Assembly (NCBI GenBank): GCA_900753315.1
Contig: CAADYP010000016.1
Coordinates: 2,436 to 66,435 of the forward strand
Reading direction: 5' to 3'
Length of the DNA stretch: 64,000 bases
From: Clostridia bacterium
Lineage (GTDB): Bacteria > Bacillota > Clostridia > Christensenellales > UBA1242
The position numbers were made by a program, and so were the translations under genes. The notes beneath the pieces are model-generated. The model made no database searches and had not been told where the DNA came from. It saw nothing but the letters and a program-made list of their open reading frames with translations. Shown here one piece after another: positions 48,759-57,252 of the stretch. How positions within the stretch are numbered: the stretch's first letter is position 1; every line of letters begins with the position of its first letter.

Positions 48759-49778
48759 TTATCTCATTTGTTTCAAAAATCTCATATCATTTCTAAACAA
48801 ATATTTGATGTTAGGGATTTTGTTTGTAACCATAACACTTCTATCAATACCAGGTCCAAAAGCAAATCCGCTATATTTTTTGCTGTCTATTCCTGACATT
48901 TCCAAAACTTTTGGATTTACAACCCCCGCTCCAAAAACTTCCGAAAAACCAGAGCCTTTACACAATGCACAACCTTTTCCTTGACACATTTGGCAAGTTG
49001 CATCAATTTCAATACTTGGTTCTGTAAATGGAAAGTATGATGGACGAACACGCATTTTTACATTTTCACCAAACAATCTCCTCAAAATTTCTTTAATCAT
49101 CATCATCAAATCTTTAAGACCAATGTTTTCATCAATAACCAATGCTTCAAATTGGTTAAAAATTGGAGAGTGAGAACTATCACTATCATTTCTATACACC
49201 CTACCTGGGCAAACAATCTTGAAAGGTGGTTTCATTTTTTCCATAGCTCTAACTTGCATATTTGAAGTTTGAGACCTCATCAAAATATTGTCACTAATAA
49301 AGAAAGTATCCTGCATATCTCTCGCTGGATGATTTTTAGGAACATTCAAAGCTTCAAAGTTGTAATAATCCGTTTCAATTTCAGGCCCTTGAATAACAGT
49401 AAACCCCATTTCAACACATATTTCCATAAATTTGTTGTTAAAACGAGTCAAAGGATGCAAAGCGCCTTTCTTTGTGCCTTTGCTTGGTTCTGTTATATCA
49501 ATTTTTTCTTTTTCCATATCAGCCAAAAGTTTAGCATTTTCCAAGTCAGCCAATTTTTGACTCAATCCTTCTTCAATATTCTGTCTAACAGTGTTTGCCA
49601 AAGTTCCTATTTCTCTTCTGTCTTCTGCAGGAACATCTTTCATTCCTCTCAAAATTTGTGTCAATTCCCCAGTTTTTCCAAGATATTTAACTCTTATTTC
49701 ATCCAACTGCTTCAAGTCACTTACAGAAGAAATTTCTGCCACACCATTTTTCAAAATTTCTTCAAGTTTTTGTTTCAT
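48759..49778 (-). CDS. pheS: phenylalanine--tRNA ligase alpha subunit
   Basis: 'HPLTRF', 'NHPARDMQDTFF' and 'FPFTEPS...FGAGVVNPKV...GFAFGPGIDR'. Confidence 0.95.
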   Translation of the reverse strand: MKQKLEEILKNGVAEISSVSDLKQLDEIRVKYLGKTGELTQILRGMKDVPAEDRREIGTLANTVRQNIEEGLSQKLADLENAKLLADMEKEKIDITEPSKGTKKGALHPLTRFNNKFMEICVEMGFTVIQGPEIETDYYNFEALNVPKNHPARDMQDTFFISDNILMRSQTSNMQVRAMEKMKPPFKIVCPGRVYRNDSDSSHSPIFNQFEALVIDENIGLKDLMMMIKEILRRLFGENVKMRVRPSYFPFTEPSIEIDATCQMCQGKGCALCKGSGFSEVFGAGVVNPKVLEMSGIDSKKYSGFAFGPGIDRSVMVTNKIPNIKYLFRNDMRFLKQMR

Positions 49779-49863
49779 ACCTACTCCTTTTCAAAATTTA
49801 CGCGATTTTTTATTCGATCAAAAGTTTCAAACATTGTAAACACAATCAAAACATCAATTAAAT

Positions 49864-50124
49864 AAAAAAATCGCCCCAACATTAGGACGATTAAATCGTG
49901 GTACCACCTAACTTCACACTTGCTTTCAATTAAGAACAAACCAAAAAACAAATGCCTTATTTAAAACATTTACGCATGCTTTTGCGGAAACTCCTACACA
50001 CCAAAAAGGTTTCAAAGTTCAACTAGAAAGTGAATTCGTCATCCAAAATCTATCCATTTTCAGCAAACATGGACTCTCTGAGAGATTTTTAGAAGCCTAC
50101 TACTCTTTCATCATCGTCTTTAAT
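49864..50124 (-). promoter_or_regulatory. T-box leader (Phe, UUC specifier) with terminator, upstream of pheST
   Basis: On the minus strand: a 'tgatga...agagag' stem I; the specifier context 'gacgaaTTCa' (the plus-strand gaattc sits at 50032-50037); the T-box 'ttaggtggtaccacg' (49897-49910); and terminator 'atcgtcctaatgttggggcgat' plus T7 (49864-49890). Confidence 0.85.
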
Positions 50125-50130
50125 GTTCAA

Positions 50131-50159
50131 ATTTTACCACAACAAAAATTTTAAGTCAA
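50131..50159 (-). promoter_or_regulatory. candidate promoter of the pheST T-box leader
   Basis: On the minus strand: TTGACT, a 17-nt spacer, then TGgTAAAAT (extended -10). Confidence 0.5.
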
Positions 50160-50184
50160 CAATTTAAAATAAAATTAAATAATT

Positions 50185-50212
50185 TTGACATTTTTCTTAT
50201 ATGTGCTAAAAT
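50185..50212 (+). promoter_or_regulatory. candidate promoter giving a leaderless pseudouridine synthase mRNA
   Basis: TTGACA (50185-50190), a 16-nt spacer, then TGcTAAAAT (-10 at 50207-50212). The ATG at 50219 is 6 nt downstream and there is no SD. Confidence 0.45.
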
Positions 50213-50218
50213 CTCTAT

Positions 50219-51130
50219 ATGAAAAATTATGAAATGTTTGAAATTTCAAATATAAAAAATTTAAAACTTAAGTCACCCACGGTTTATTATTATCTCAAAT
50301 CAAAGAATTTCTCTGAAAGTTATATCAGTAAACTGCGAACTTCAAAAGACAGCATACTTCTAAACAAAACCTTTGCAACTCTCAAATCACAAATCAAAGA
50401 TAGCGACATACTGTCAGTAGCAAACAATCCGCAAAATTCTTCAACAATCCTTCCTTGTGATGGCAATTTGGATATAGTTTTTGAAGATGATGATTTTTTG
50501 TTAGTCAACAAACCACACAATCTAGCATGCATGCCAAGTCGCAGTCATTATTCAGACAATTTGGGCGGAATAATCTGCAAATACATGCAAAATAAGGATA
50601 AAAATTTTGTTTTAAGAATTGTAAATCGATTAGACAAAGATACCGCCGGACTTGTATTAGTTGCCAAAAATCTGATTGCTTACAACAGCATAAAAGACTT
50701 TAAAAAAGAATATTACGCCATATGTTATGGAAATTTTGATGAAAAAAGTTTTACTATCAACTCCAAAATCGAGACCATTCAGCATAACGGTATAAATCAG
50801 ATTAAACGAATTGTTTCAAATAATGGCAAGTCAGCGATAACACATATTGAAGTTGTAAAAAATTTTGACAATTTTTCTTTAATCAAACTCACTTTAGAAA
50901 CAGGCAGAACACACCAAATACGAGTTCACTTATCAAGCATAAACCACCCACTACTTGGCGACAAAATTTATATTGAAGAATACAAAATCTTGTCACAATT
51001 TCCATTTACACACACCATGCTTTTGCTCAAAAAAATCTCATTTACACACTTTCGCACAAATCAAACAATGGAATTTGAAATAAATTTTCCACCACTTTGG
51101 ACAAATTTTCTTGAAACAAAGCAAATTTAA
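50219..51130 (+). CDS. RluA-family pseudouridine synthase (RluD-like, with an S4-like N-terminus)
   Basis: 'VNRLDKDTAGLVLVAK' carries the catalytic Asp motif; 'GRTHQIRVHLS' is also present. Confidence 0.85.
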   Translation: MKNYEMFEISNIKNLKLKSPTVYYYLKSKNFSESYISKLRTSKDSILLNKTFATLKSQIKDSDILSVANNPQNSSTILPCDGNLDIVFEDDDFLLVNKPHNLACMPSRSHYSDNLGGIICKYMQNKDKNFVLRIVNRLDKDTAGLVLVAKNLIAYNSIKDFKKEYYAICYGNFDEKSFTINSKIETIQHNGINQIKRIVSNNGKSAITHIEVVKNFDNFSLIKLTLETGRTHQIRVHLSSINHPLLGDKIYIEEYKILSQFPFTHTMLLLKKISFTHFRTNQTMEFEINFPPLWTNFLETKQI

Positions 51131-51197
51131 CCCCCTCACACAACCTTTATTTTTATCACATTTAATCACACTCTCATATATTTCACATAAAGTCACA

Positions 51198-51247
51198 AAA
51201 AAAATAAAAGACCAACCAATTTTGATTTTGTTAGGTCTTTTATTTTT
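51198..51247. terminator. bidirectional terminator
   Basis: Stem aaaagacc (51206-51213) / ggtctttt (51234-51241), with A-runs and T-runs on both sides. Confidence 0.5.
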
Positions 51248-51259
51248 GGCTAGGCTAAA

Positions 51260-51391
51260 CTATTTGCACGCTTTTGCTGAACCAGTTGTTTTTTTACCAC
51301 TGCAACCTTTTGTTTTTGTGGCTGATTCTTTTGCTGCCTCAACGTTGCTTTTTGCATCAGATTTTTTTGATGCTTTCTTTTTACCAAACAT
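51260..51391 (-). CDS. unannotated small ORF encoding a 43-aa Lys-rich protein, MFGKKKASKKSDAKSNVEAAKESATKTKGCSGKKTTGSAKACK
   Basis: Not in the track because it is under 60 aa. A strong SD 'gggaggg' lies 6 nt before the ATG (51389-51391). A terminator hairpin follows immediately after the stop. Confidence 0.4.
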   Translation of the reverse strand: MFGKKKASKKSDAKSNVEAAKESATKTKGCSGKKTTGSAKACK

Positions 51392-51549
51392 AGTTTTCCC
51401 TCCCTTACTCAAGGTTTTTCCCTTGCAAAATTATTTTTCCAAATATTATGCAAAATATGCATCACAAAAGAAAAAACATGCAAGAAAAATCATTGCATGT
51501 CTTTTGCAATCAAAAACTATTAAATCAACCACCTTAAATACAAAACAAA

Positions 51550-51921
51550 CTATTTGTTGTTTTTGTCTGCTTCGTCAAGAAGATTGTAATATTCGTCAAA
51601 CACGTCCATAGCGACTTTTTCGTCTGTTTCAACCATCAAAACAGGTTCTTTGCCTTCTTGTTCGTCAACGAAAAATACAATAGCTTCGTCATCTTGAACA
51701 TTTTCAATCTTGTCGATTGGTTTCAAAACGCAATAAATTTTGTTATTGTAAGGAATAACAGCAATTTGTTCGAAAGACAGTTTTTTGCCTTGTCCATCAA
51801 CAAGAACGATTGGGTCTTTGTTATCTTCGTCCAAAAGGATATCAATGATATCTGGTTGTTGTTCTTCTTGTTCTACCTTTTTTGAAATTTCTTCAACTTT
51901 TTCCATTTTTTTCTTATCCAT
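51550..51921 (-). CDS. DUF1292-family protein (YrzB-like)
   Basis: 'ILLDEDNKDPIVLVDGQGKKLSFEQIAVIPYNNKIYCVLKPID' is typical of DUF1292. It sits next to ruvX as in Bacilli. The start is set at 'MDKKKMEK' after SD 'aaaggaga'. Confidence 0.8.
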   Translation of the reverse strand: MDKKKMEKVEEISKKVEQEEQQPDIIDILLDEDNKDPIVLVDGQGKKLSFEQIAVIPYNNKIYCVLKPIDKIENVQDDEAIVFFVDEQEGKEPVLMVETDEKVAMDVFDEYYNLLDEADKNNK

Positions 51922-51934
51922 AATAAATTCTCCT

Positions 51935-52360
51935 TTATTTTTTTGGATTTTCGTCAAGATAATTTTGCAGTATAATTTGTGCCGAGATTTTGTCCAAAAG
52001 TTCTTTACGCTTTTCCCATTTTATTCTTGCCTCTTTGAGATATTCTTCCGCTTCATAAGAAGTGTATCTCTCATCTTGATAAACAACAGGCACTTTTGCG
52101 ACCTCGCCCAATTTCGCACCAAACTCTTTGACAACAGCGGTCATTTCACATTCAGTTCCGTCTGCATTTAACGGCAATCCCAAAACAATCATGTCAACAC
52201 TTTTATCTTTAACAAGTTCGGCGAAATATTGCAAATCTTTTTCTTCATTTTGAGTTTTGTAAATATGGTCAGCACTTGCAATGGTTCCTGACAAATCTGA
52301 AAATGCCACACCTATTCTTGCTTTACCATAATCCAAACCCATTTTTCTTGAATACTGCAT
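51935..52360 (-). CDS. ruvX: putative pre-16S rRNA nuclease / Holliday junction resolvase-like YqgF
   Basis: 'GLDYGKARIGVAFSD' and 'IVLGLPLNADGTE'. Confidence 0.9.
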   Translation of the reverse strand: MQYSRKMGLDYGKARIGVAFSDLSGTIASADHIYKTQNEEKDLQYFAELVKDKSVDMIVLGLPLNADGTECEMTAVVKEFGAKLGEVAKVPVVYQDERYTSYEAEEYLKEARIKWEKRKELLDKISAQIILQNYLDENPKK

Positions 52361-52501
52361 ACATCACCATTTATATTTTAACCAATTCTGTCAAATTAGT
52401 CAATCAAAAAATCATTTTTAATTGCACGATTTCAATTAAATTTAACTCAAATCAAAAAAATCCCAACCGCACGGCAAGGATTTTTATTTTATACTGCATT
52501 T

Positions 52502-52699
52502 TCAATCCAACAAATCTTCATAACTCACTTTAAGCACACTTTTCAACTTTTCCAGAATTTCAAGAGTTGGTTCACTATACCCCTTCTCCCAATGGCTGAT
52601 TGTTTTGAAACTGACACCAATCATTTGTGCCAACTGTGTTTGAGAAAGCCCAACTTCCTGCCTAATTGCTTTTAAGTTTACGCCAAAATTGTTTTTCAT
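52502..52699 (-). CDS. XRE-family helix-turn-helix transcriptional regulator (65 aa)
   Basis: 'LKAIRQEVGLSQTQLAQMIGVSFKTISHWEKG' is a Cro/C1-type HTH. Confidence 0.85.
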   Translation of the reverse strand: MKNNFGVNLKAIRQEVGLSQTQLAQMIGVSFKTISHWEKGYSEPTLEILEKLKSVLKVSYEDLLD

Positions 52700-52708
52700 A
52701 ATTATATT

Positions 52709-52761
52709 TTCTCACAATTTGAGAATTTTTACTTGACATTCTCAATTTTTGAGAATATAAT
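52709..52761. promoter_or_regulatory. two TTCTCA-N5-TGAGAA operators, one filling the spacer of a TTGACA/TATAAT promoter
   Basis: ttctcacaatttgagaa (52709-52725). TTGACA (52733-52738), ttctcaatttttgagaa (52739-52755), then TATAAT (52756-52761), directed toward the gene at 52801. Confidence 0.6.
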
Positions 52762-52800
52762 TTTTACAAATAAAACAAACATAAAGAAAAAGGAGAAACA

Positions 52801-53355
52801 ATGGAAGAAGAACAAGAACTCACCAAAGAAGAGTTACAAGAACTTAAAAATTTGGCAAAAGTGCTAAAACAAATGAAAAATTCTGATAATCAATCTTCGT
52901 CATTAAATGAAATTTTGACTTCAAACGATGTGACGAAAAAATCTTCTTCCAACACAAAGAAGAAAGAGATAGCAAAAGAGATAAAGAATGAAAAGAAAAA
53001 AGAAAACACAGTCACTCCAGAGTATTGGCAAATAACAGACAAAAACGGAAATATTATTGAAGATGAAGAAAAAATTGAAGATTTAGAATATAAATATCAA
53101 AAATCAACAGAGACCAAATCTAAATATAATAACACTTCAAAAAACGATAGTGAAGACAAAACAGGATTAGGTGTTCTCTGTGGAATATTTCTTTCTATGA
53201 TTATCGCTATTATTATAGGCTGTTCTTATCCAAATGGAAGCATTTCAAGAAAAACTTTCTTTACTTCATATTGGTGGACATTCTCTATCAAAGTAATAAT
53301 TGCAATTTTTTTAATAATTGTATTTTATTATGTAAGTTTAAATCACATGCATTAA
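52801..53355 (+). CDS. hypothetical protein: Lys/Glu-rich N-terminal ~125 aa plus 2 C-terminal TM segments
   Basis: SD 'aaaggaga'. Divergent from the XRE gene. No family recognised. Confidence 0.55.
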   Translation: MEEEQELTKEELQELKNLAKVLKQMKNSDNQSSSLNEILTSNDVTKKSSSNTKKKEIAKEIKNEKKKENTVTPEYWQITDKNGNIIEDEEKIEDLEYKYQKSTETKSKYNNTSKNDSEDKTGLGVLCGIFLSMIIAIIIGCSYPNGSISRKTFFTSYWWTFSIKVIIAIFLIIVFYYVSLNHMH

Positions 53356-53386
53356 AAAATAAAACCAGACACTGTCTGGTTTTTGT
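53356..53386. terminator. bidirectional terminator (52801 gene / polA)
   Basis: Stem accagac / gtctggt, flanked by an A-run and a T-run. Confidence 0.65.
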
Positions 53387-53404
53387 ATTTTATTTACATT
53401 CAAA

Positions 53405-55900
53405 TTATTTACATTCAAACAAATTTTTTCCACTTCCAACCGAAACTGTCAAAGGCACTTCAAAATTGCAAACGCTTTCCATACATTCTTTAAGAATCTT
53501 TTTCACATCTTCAATTTCGTTTTGTGGTGCATCAACAATGAGTTCGTCATGGATTTGCAAAATTATATGGCTTTTCATATTTTCAAGACGCTTTGCAACC
53601 TTTATCATTGCAATCTTTATCACATCTGACGCAGTCCCCTGCAAAGGCATATTCATAGCAACACGCTCACCAAATTTTCTTACATTAACATTTGAAGATT
53701 TGATTTCAGGAATATGTCTTATTCTACCAAAGTATGACCTTATACAGCCATTTTCTTTTGCATAATCAACATTTTTATCCATAAACAATTTAATTTTTGG
53801 ATAACGGTCAAAATAACTGTCAATATATTGTTTAGCCTTCATCTTTGAGGTCTTGATGTTTTGTGACAAACCATAATCACTTATGCCATAAATAATCCCA
53901 AAATTCACTGCTTTTGCATCTCTTCTTTGAGCACTAGTAACCTCATCAACAGGAACCCCAAAAATTTCACTTGCAGTTTTTGTGTGAATATCAATTCCAT
54001 GATTGTAAGCATCAATCATGCTGTCTTCCCCAGCCAAATTTGCAAGAAGTCGAAGTTCAATTTGACTGTAATCTGCAGATATAATCTCTCCATCAGCATA
54101 TTTTGATATAAAAATCTTACGCAAATTGCGCCCTTCTTCGTCCCTAGTAGGAATGTTTTGCATGTTTGGTTCTGAACTAGATAACCTTCCAGTCGAAGTC
54201 AAAGTTTGATTGAAAATTGTGTGCACAACAGGCCCATCTGTTTTGCAGATGTTTTTATAAACATTTACATAAGTGCTGACAAGTTTTCCAACTTTTCTAT
54301 ATTTAATTATCAAATCTACAATTTCATGTTGCCAACGCATATCATCCAAAATTGCAAAACTTGTAGATTGTTTTTTGTTGTTGTATGATTTCAAGCCAAG
54401 TTTGTCAAACAAAATGCTTGCAACTTGTTTTGGAGAATTTATATTAAACTCTTCCCCAGACAAATCATAAATTTGTGCAGTCAGCTGCGTTAACTCTTCT
54501 TGATATTTTTTTGCAAGAACATCAAGTTCTGTCTCATTAACCTTGAAACCTTCATTTTCAATGTCAACCAAAACATTGACAAGTGGCAATTCTATATCAT
54601 TGTAAATTCCAGCAACCTTTTCATCTTGCATTTGTTTTTCAAGTTCGGCCTTCAAATTGATATAGTCTGCAACTTCCGGATTTGGCAATTTTGGAAGCCC
54701 TGCAAACAAGACATATCTTGCAATATCTATATCAAAAAAGTTTTCAAGTTTTATGCCATATTTTTTCAAAATCTTTTTGTCAGTCTTTGACGAATTTGTA
54801 ATCTTTGTTACAAATTTATTTTCAAAAACGCCCTTTAATTTGGTTAATACATCGCCCAAATCCAAAGCAGTAGAAAACAAATCAATTTCTTTTTTAATTG
54901 CAAAAACTTCTTCACCACCAACCGAAAATTCCATTTTTTCAAGATCGTAGCAAAAATAATTTTTTACTTTTGATGCAAAAGATTCCACATCTTCCAGCGT
55001 TTCAAAATATGTTTTTGTGATTTGTTTTTTCAGGTCTCTTACACCCTCATCATACAAATCCTTTCGGTTTGTCAAACTTCTAAAATCCCATTCTTCAAAA
55101 AAGTCTCTAACTTTTTGTGAGAAAGGAAAAACATATTTGCAGGCGGACAAATCAAAATCAATTTCACAATCAGTCTTGATTGTTGCAAGAGTTTTTGACA
55201 TATAAGCTTTTTCTTTGTCATTCTCAAGTTTTTCTTTAAGTTTTCCAGTAACATTTTCAATATTTTGATAAATTCCATCAAGTGTTCCAAACTTTTCCAA
55301 AAGTCCCAAAGCAGTTTTTTCTCCAACTCCAGCTACTCCAGGAATATTATCCGAAGCATCACCCATCAAGGCTTTCAAATCAATTATGCCAAGTGGTACA
55401 AGTTTATACTTTTCAAACAATGCCTTTTCGTCAAAAATTTCAATTTCTGTCACACCTTTGCGTGTAAGCCACACAGAAGTGTTGTCATCAATAAGTTGAA
55501 AAAGGTCTCTGTCCCCAGAAACAAGAATATTGTTTTGTCCTGAATGCTTTGCAATCGTTCCGATAATGTCATCAGCTTCAATTCCTGCAAACTCAAAAAC
55601 TTTTATTCCCATGATTTCAAGCATTTTTTTAACAACGGGAAACTGCGAAATCAAATCTTGTGGAGTTTCTTTTCGTGTTCCCTTGTATGCATCATAAATT
55701 TCATTTCTAAAAGTCTTGCGTGCATGGTCAAAAGCCACAGCGATATAGTCAGGCTTTTGTTCGGTAATGAGTTTTGTTAAAATGTTTGCAAAACCAAAGA
55801 CTGCACCAGACGGCTGTTTGTTTCTATTAGATAAATAGGGCATTGCGTAAAATGCCCTATTTGCCAAACTATTTCCATCAATAATAATAAATTTTTCCAC
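53405..55900 (-). CDS. polA: DNA polymerase I
   Basis: 5'-nuclease N-terminus 'IIIDGNSLANRAFYA', polymerase motif A 'ISADYSQIELRLLA' and motif C 'LQIHDELIV'. Confidence 0.95.
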   Translation of the reverse strand: MEKFIIIDGNSLANRAFYAMPYLSNRNKQPSGAVFGFANILTKLITEQKPDYIAVAFDHARKTFRNEIYDAYKGTRKETPQDLISQFPVVKKMLEIMGIKVFEFAGIEADDIIGTIAKHSGQNNILVSGDRDLFQLIDDNTSVWLTRKGVTEIEIFDEKALFEKYKLVPLGIIDLKALMGDASDNIPGVAGVGEKTALGLLEKFGTLDGIYQNIENVTGKLKEKLENDKEKAYMSKTLATIKTDCEIDFDLSACKYVFPFSQKVRDFFEEWDFRSLTNRKDLYDEGVRDLKKQITKTYFETLEDVESFASKVKNYFCYDLEKMEFSVGGEEVFAIKKEIDLFSTALDLGDVLTKLKGVFENKFVTKITNSSKTDKKILKKYGIKLENFFDIDIARYVLFAGLPKLPNPEVADYINLKAELEKQMQDEKVAGIYNDIELPLVNVLVDIENEGFKVNETELDVLAKKYQEELTQLTAQIYDLSGEEFNINSPKQVASILFDKLGLKSYNNKKQSTSFAILDDMRWQHEIVDLIIKYRKVGKLVSTYVNVYKNICKTDGPVVHTIFNQTLTSTGRLSSSEPNMQNIPTRDEEGRNLRKIFISKYADGEIISADYSQIELRLLANLAGEDSMIDAYNHGIDIHTKTASEIFGVPVDEVTSAQRRDAKAVNFGIIYGISDYGLSQNIKTSKMKAKQYIDSYFDRYPKIKLFMDKNVDYAKENGCIRSYFGRIRHIPEIKSSNVNVRKFGERVAMNMPLQGTASDVIKIAMIKVAKRLENMKSHIILQIHDELIVDAPQNEIEDVKKILKECMESVCNFEVPLTVSVGSGKNLFECK

Positions 55901-55978
55901 ACTAAAACTCTACTTATTTTATTTCAACAACAAATTGTCCCAAAATTTCAAATAAAATCAAAACAAACAAATTTGAAA

Positions 55979-56326
55979 TTAAAGTCCAAGCATCATCATC
56001 AAAGCAGAACCGCCACCTTCAGGTGGTGTCTTGTGGAACCAGTTTTCAAAAACTTGTGGTGCTGCCAAAACAATAACATAAGCAACAATTGCCAAAATCA
56101 ACAAAATGAAGAATACAGTCTTGAGTGGACTTCCAGAGAAGTTAACCAAAGCAAAGCAGAAAATTATTGCAACTCCTCCAAATTTAACAACCAAGTCAAA
56201 TGTTGTGGCAAACCATTGTGGAAAATTTGGTGTCCACATACCTTTGTCAATAAATTGAAACATCACCAAAAATGCAATGTAAACAATAGACAAAATTGAC
56301 AAAACTGTATAAAGTGCTTTTTTCAT
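55979..56326 (-). CDS. hypothetical small membrane protein (115 aa, ~4 TM segments)
   Basis: Hydrophobic profile only. It lies between polA and the phage lysis genes as its own transcription unit. Confidence 0.5.
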   Translation of the reverse strand: MKKALYTVLSILSIVYIAFLVMFQFIDKGMWTPNFPQWFATTFDLVVKFGGVAIIFCFALVNFSGSPLKTVFFILLILAIVAYVIVLAAPQVFENWFHKTPPEGGGSALMMMLGL

Positions 56327-56452
56327 TTCTATCCTTCCTCCCTTATGGTTTTATCATACCACAATCAGTCGTCAATTTCAAGCGAAAATAAAAAATAATG
56401 CCTATTTCTTTGACAATTGTGGTCTTTTTGTTCAAAAAAAATTTCAAAAACA

Positions 56453-56485
56453 AAAAAACCGCACAAATTATTATGCGGTTTTTTG
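56453..56485. terminator. strong bidirectional terminator closing the phage-like operon
   Basis: aaaaaaaccgca / tgcggtttttt with a 10-nt loop. Confidence 0.75.
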
Positions 56486-56510
56486 TATATTTATACATCA
56501 TTGTTTTTAT

Positions 56511-56936
56511 TTATTCATTTTTCTCCGTCAAATCAGTCTCAATCTTTTTATCATTCATTTTCTTTTCATTCATATCTTCAGTTTTGTCATTTTTGTTCAA
56601 ATTTTCATCTGTTTTATCTTCATTTAGCACAAAATCATCGCCATTTTCTTCAGCGATGGTGTCATTTTCAGAATCGCTTTTTTCTTCGTTTTCATCCAAA
56701 ACATCATCACCAGATTTGTCATCATTTTTTATCTTTTTGTCGCCCATAGTGACAACACCTAGCACAACTAAAATGCCAGCGATAGACATTATGCAATCTT
56801 CAATAACTTGATTTTCAACTTTAAAACCAAAAGCTCTTCCAAGGGCATTAACAAGAATAATCAATGCGCCTGAAAAACTAACCCAAAAACTGTAGGTTTT
56901 CATTTTTTTAAAGAAGTTCTTCATACTCATCCTCAT
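56511..56936 (-). CDS. phage holin (phiLC3-like family) with an acidic C-terminal tail
   Basis: 'KTYSFWVSFSGALIILVNALGRAFGFKVENQVIEDCIMSIAGILVVLGVV' matches the two-TM layout and sequence pattern of phiLC3-type holins. Confidence 0.65.
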   Translation of the reverse strand: MRMSMKNFFKKMKTYSFWVSFSGALIILVNALGRAFGFKVENQVIEDCIMSIAGILVVLGVVTMGDKKIKNDDKSGDDVLDENEEKSDSENDTIAEENGDDFVLNEDKTDENLNKNDKTEDMNEKKMNDKKIETDLTEKNE

Positions 56937-57141
56937 CTTTTAAATAATCTTTAATGTCTCTTATATCCTGTTTAACATCTTCCAAGGCTTCCAAATGTTT
57001 TGTCAACTGTTCGATGGTTTGCTGATACTTTGTCTCTCTTTTTGCACTATCTTTAAGTTGATACCAAAAGAGCCAAACAAAAAGCACCGCAAAAACACCA
57101 TTGCTCACAACTATGCTAATTATTTCCTTCCAAATATCCAT
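56908..57141 (-). CDS. BhlA/UviB-family holin-like protein
   Basis: 'GVFAVLFVWLFWYQLKDSAKRETKYQQTI' closely parallels the BhlA core 'GPFAVLFCWLLFYVMKTSKERESKLYNQI' (recalled from memory). Confidence 0.75.
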   Translation of the reverse strand: MDIWKEIISIVVSNGVFAVLFVWLFWYQLKDSAKRETKYQQTIEQLTKHLEALEDVKQDIRDIKDYLKDEDEYEELL

Positions 57142-57252
57142 TTTTTGTGTCCGTATTTTTTTGATTTATCAAATTTTTCATATTTTCATAATCCCCCTTA
57201 TAAAAAAAACGAGATTTATTGAAAAAATTGATTTTATTTAAGAAAAATATTT

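Noticed and set aside
49269-49865. A 198-aa plus-strand ORF overlapping pheS and its leader.
   Set aside because: It is antisense to pheS and runs through the T-box terminator, so it is not plausible as a gene.
51111-51611. A 166-aa plus-strand ORF after the pseudouridine synthase gene.
   Set aside because: It crosses a terminator hairpin (51206-51241) and overlaps both the minus-strand 43-aa ORF, which has a far better SD, and the 3' end of the DUF1292 gene. Its hydrophobic, low-complexity sequence has no start signals.
56398-56811. 137-aa and 110-aa Ser/Phe-rich plus-strand ORFs.
   Set aside because: They are antisense to the holin gene, and they span the strong bidirectional terminator at 56453-56485.
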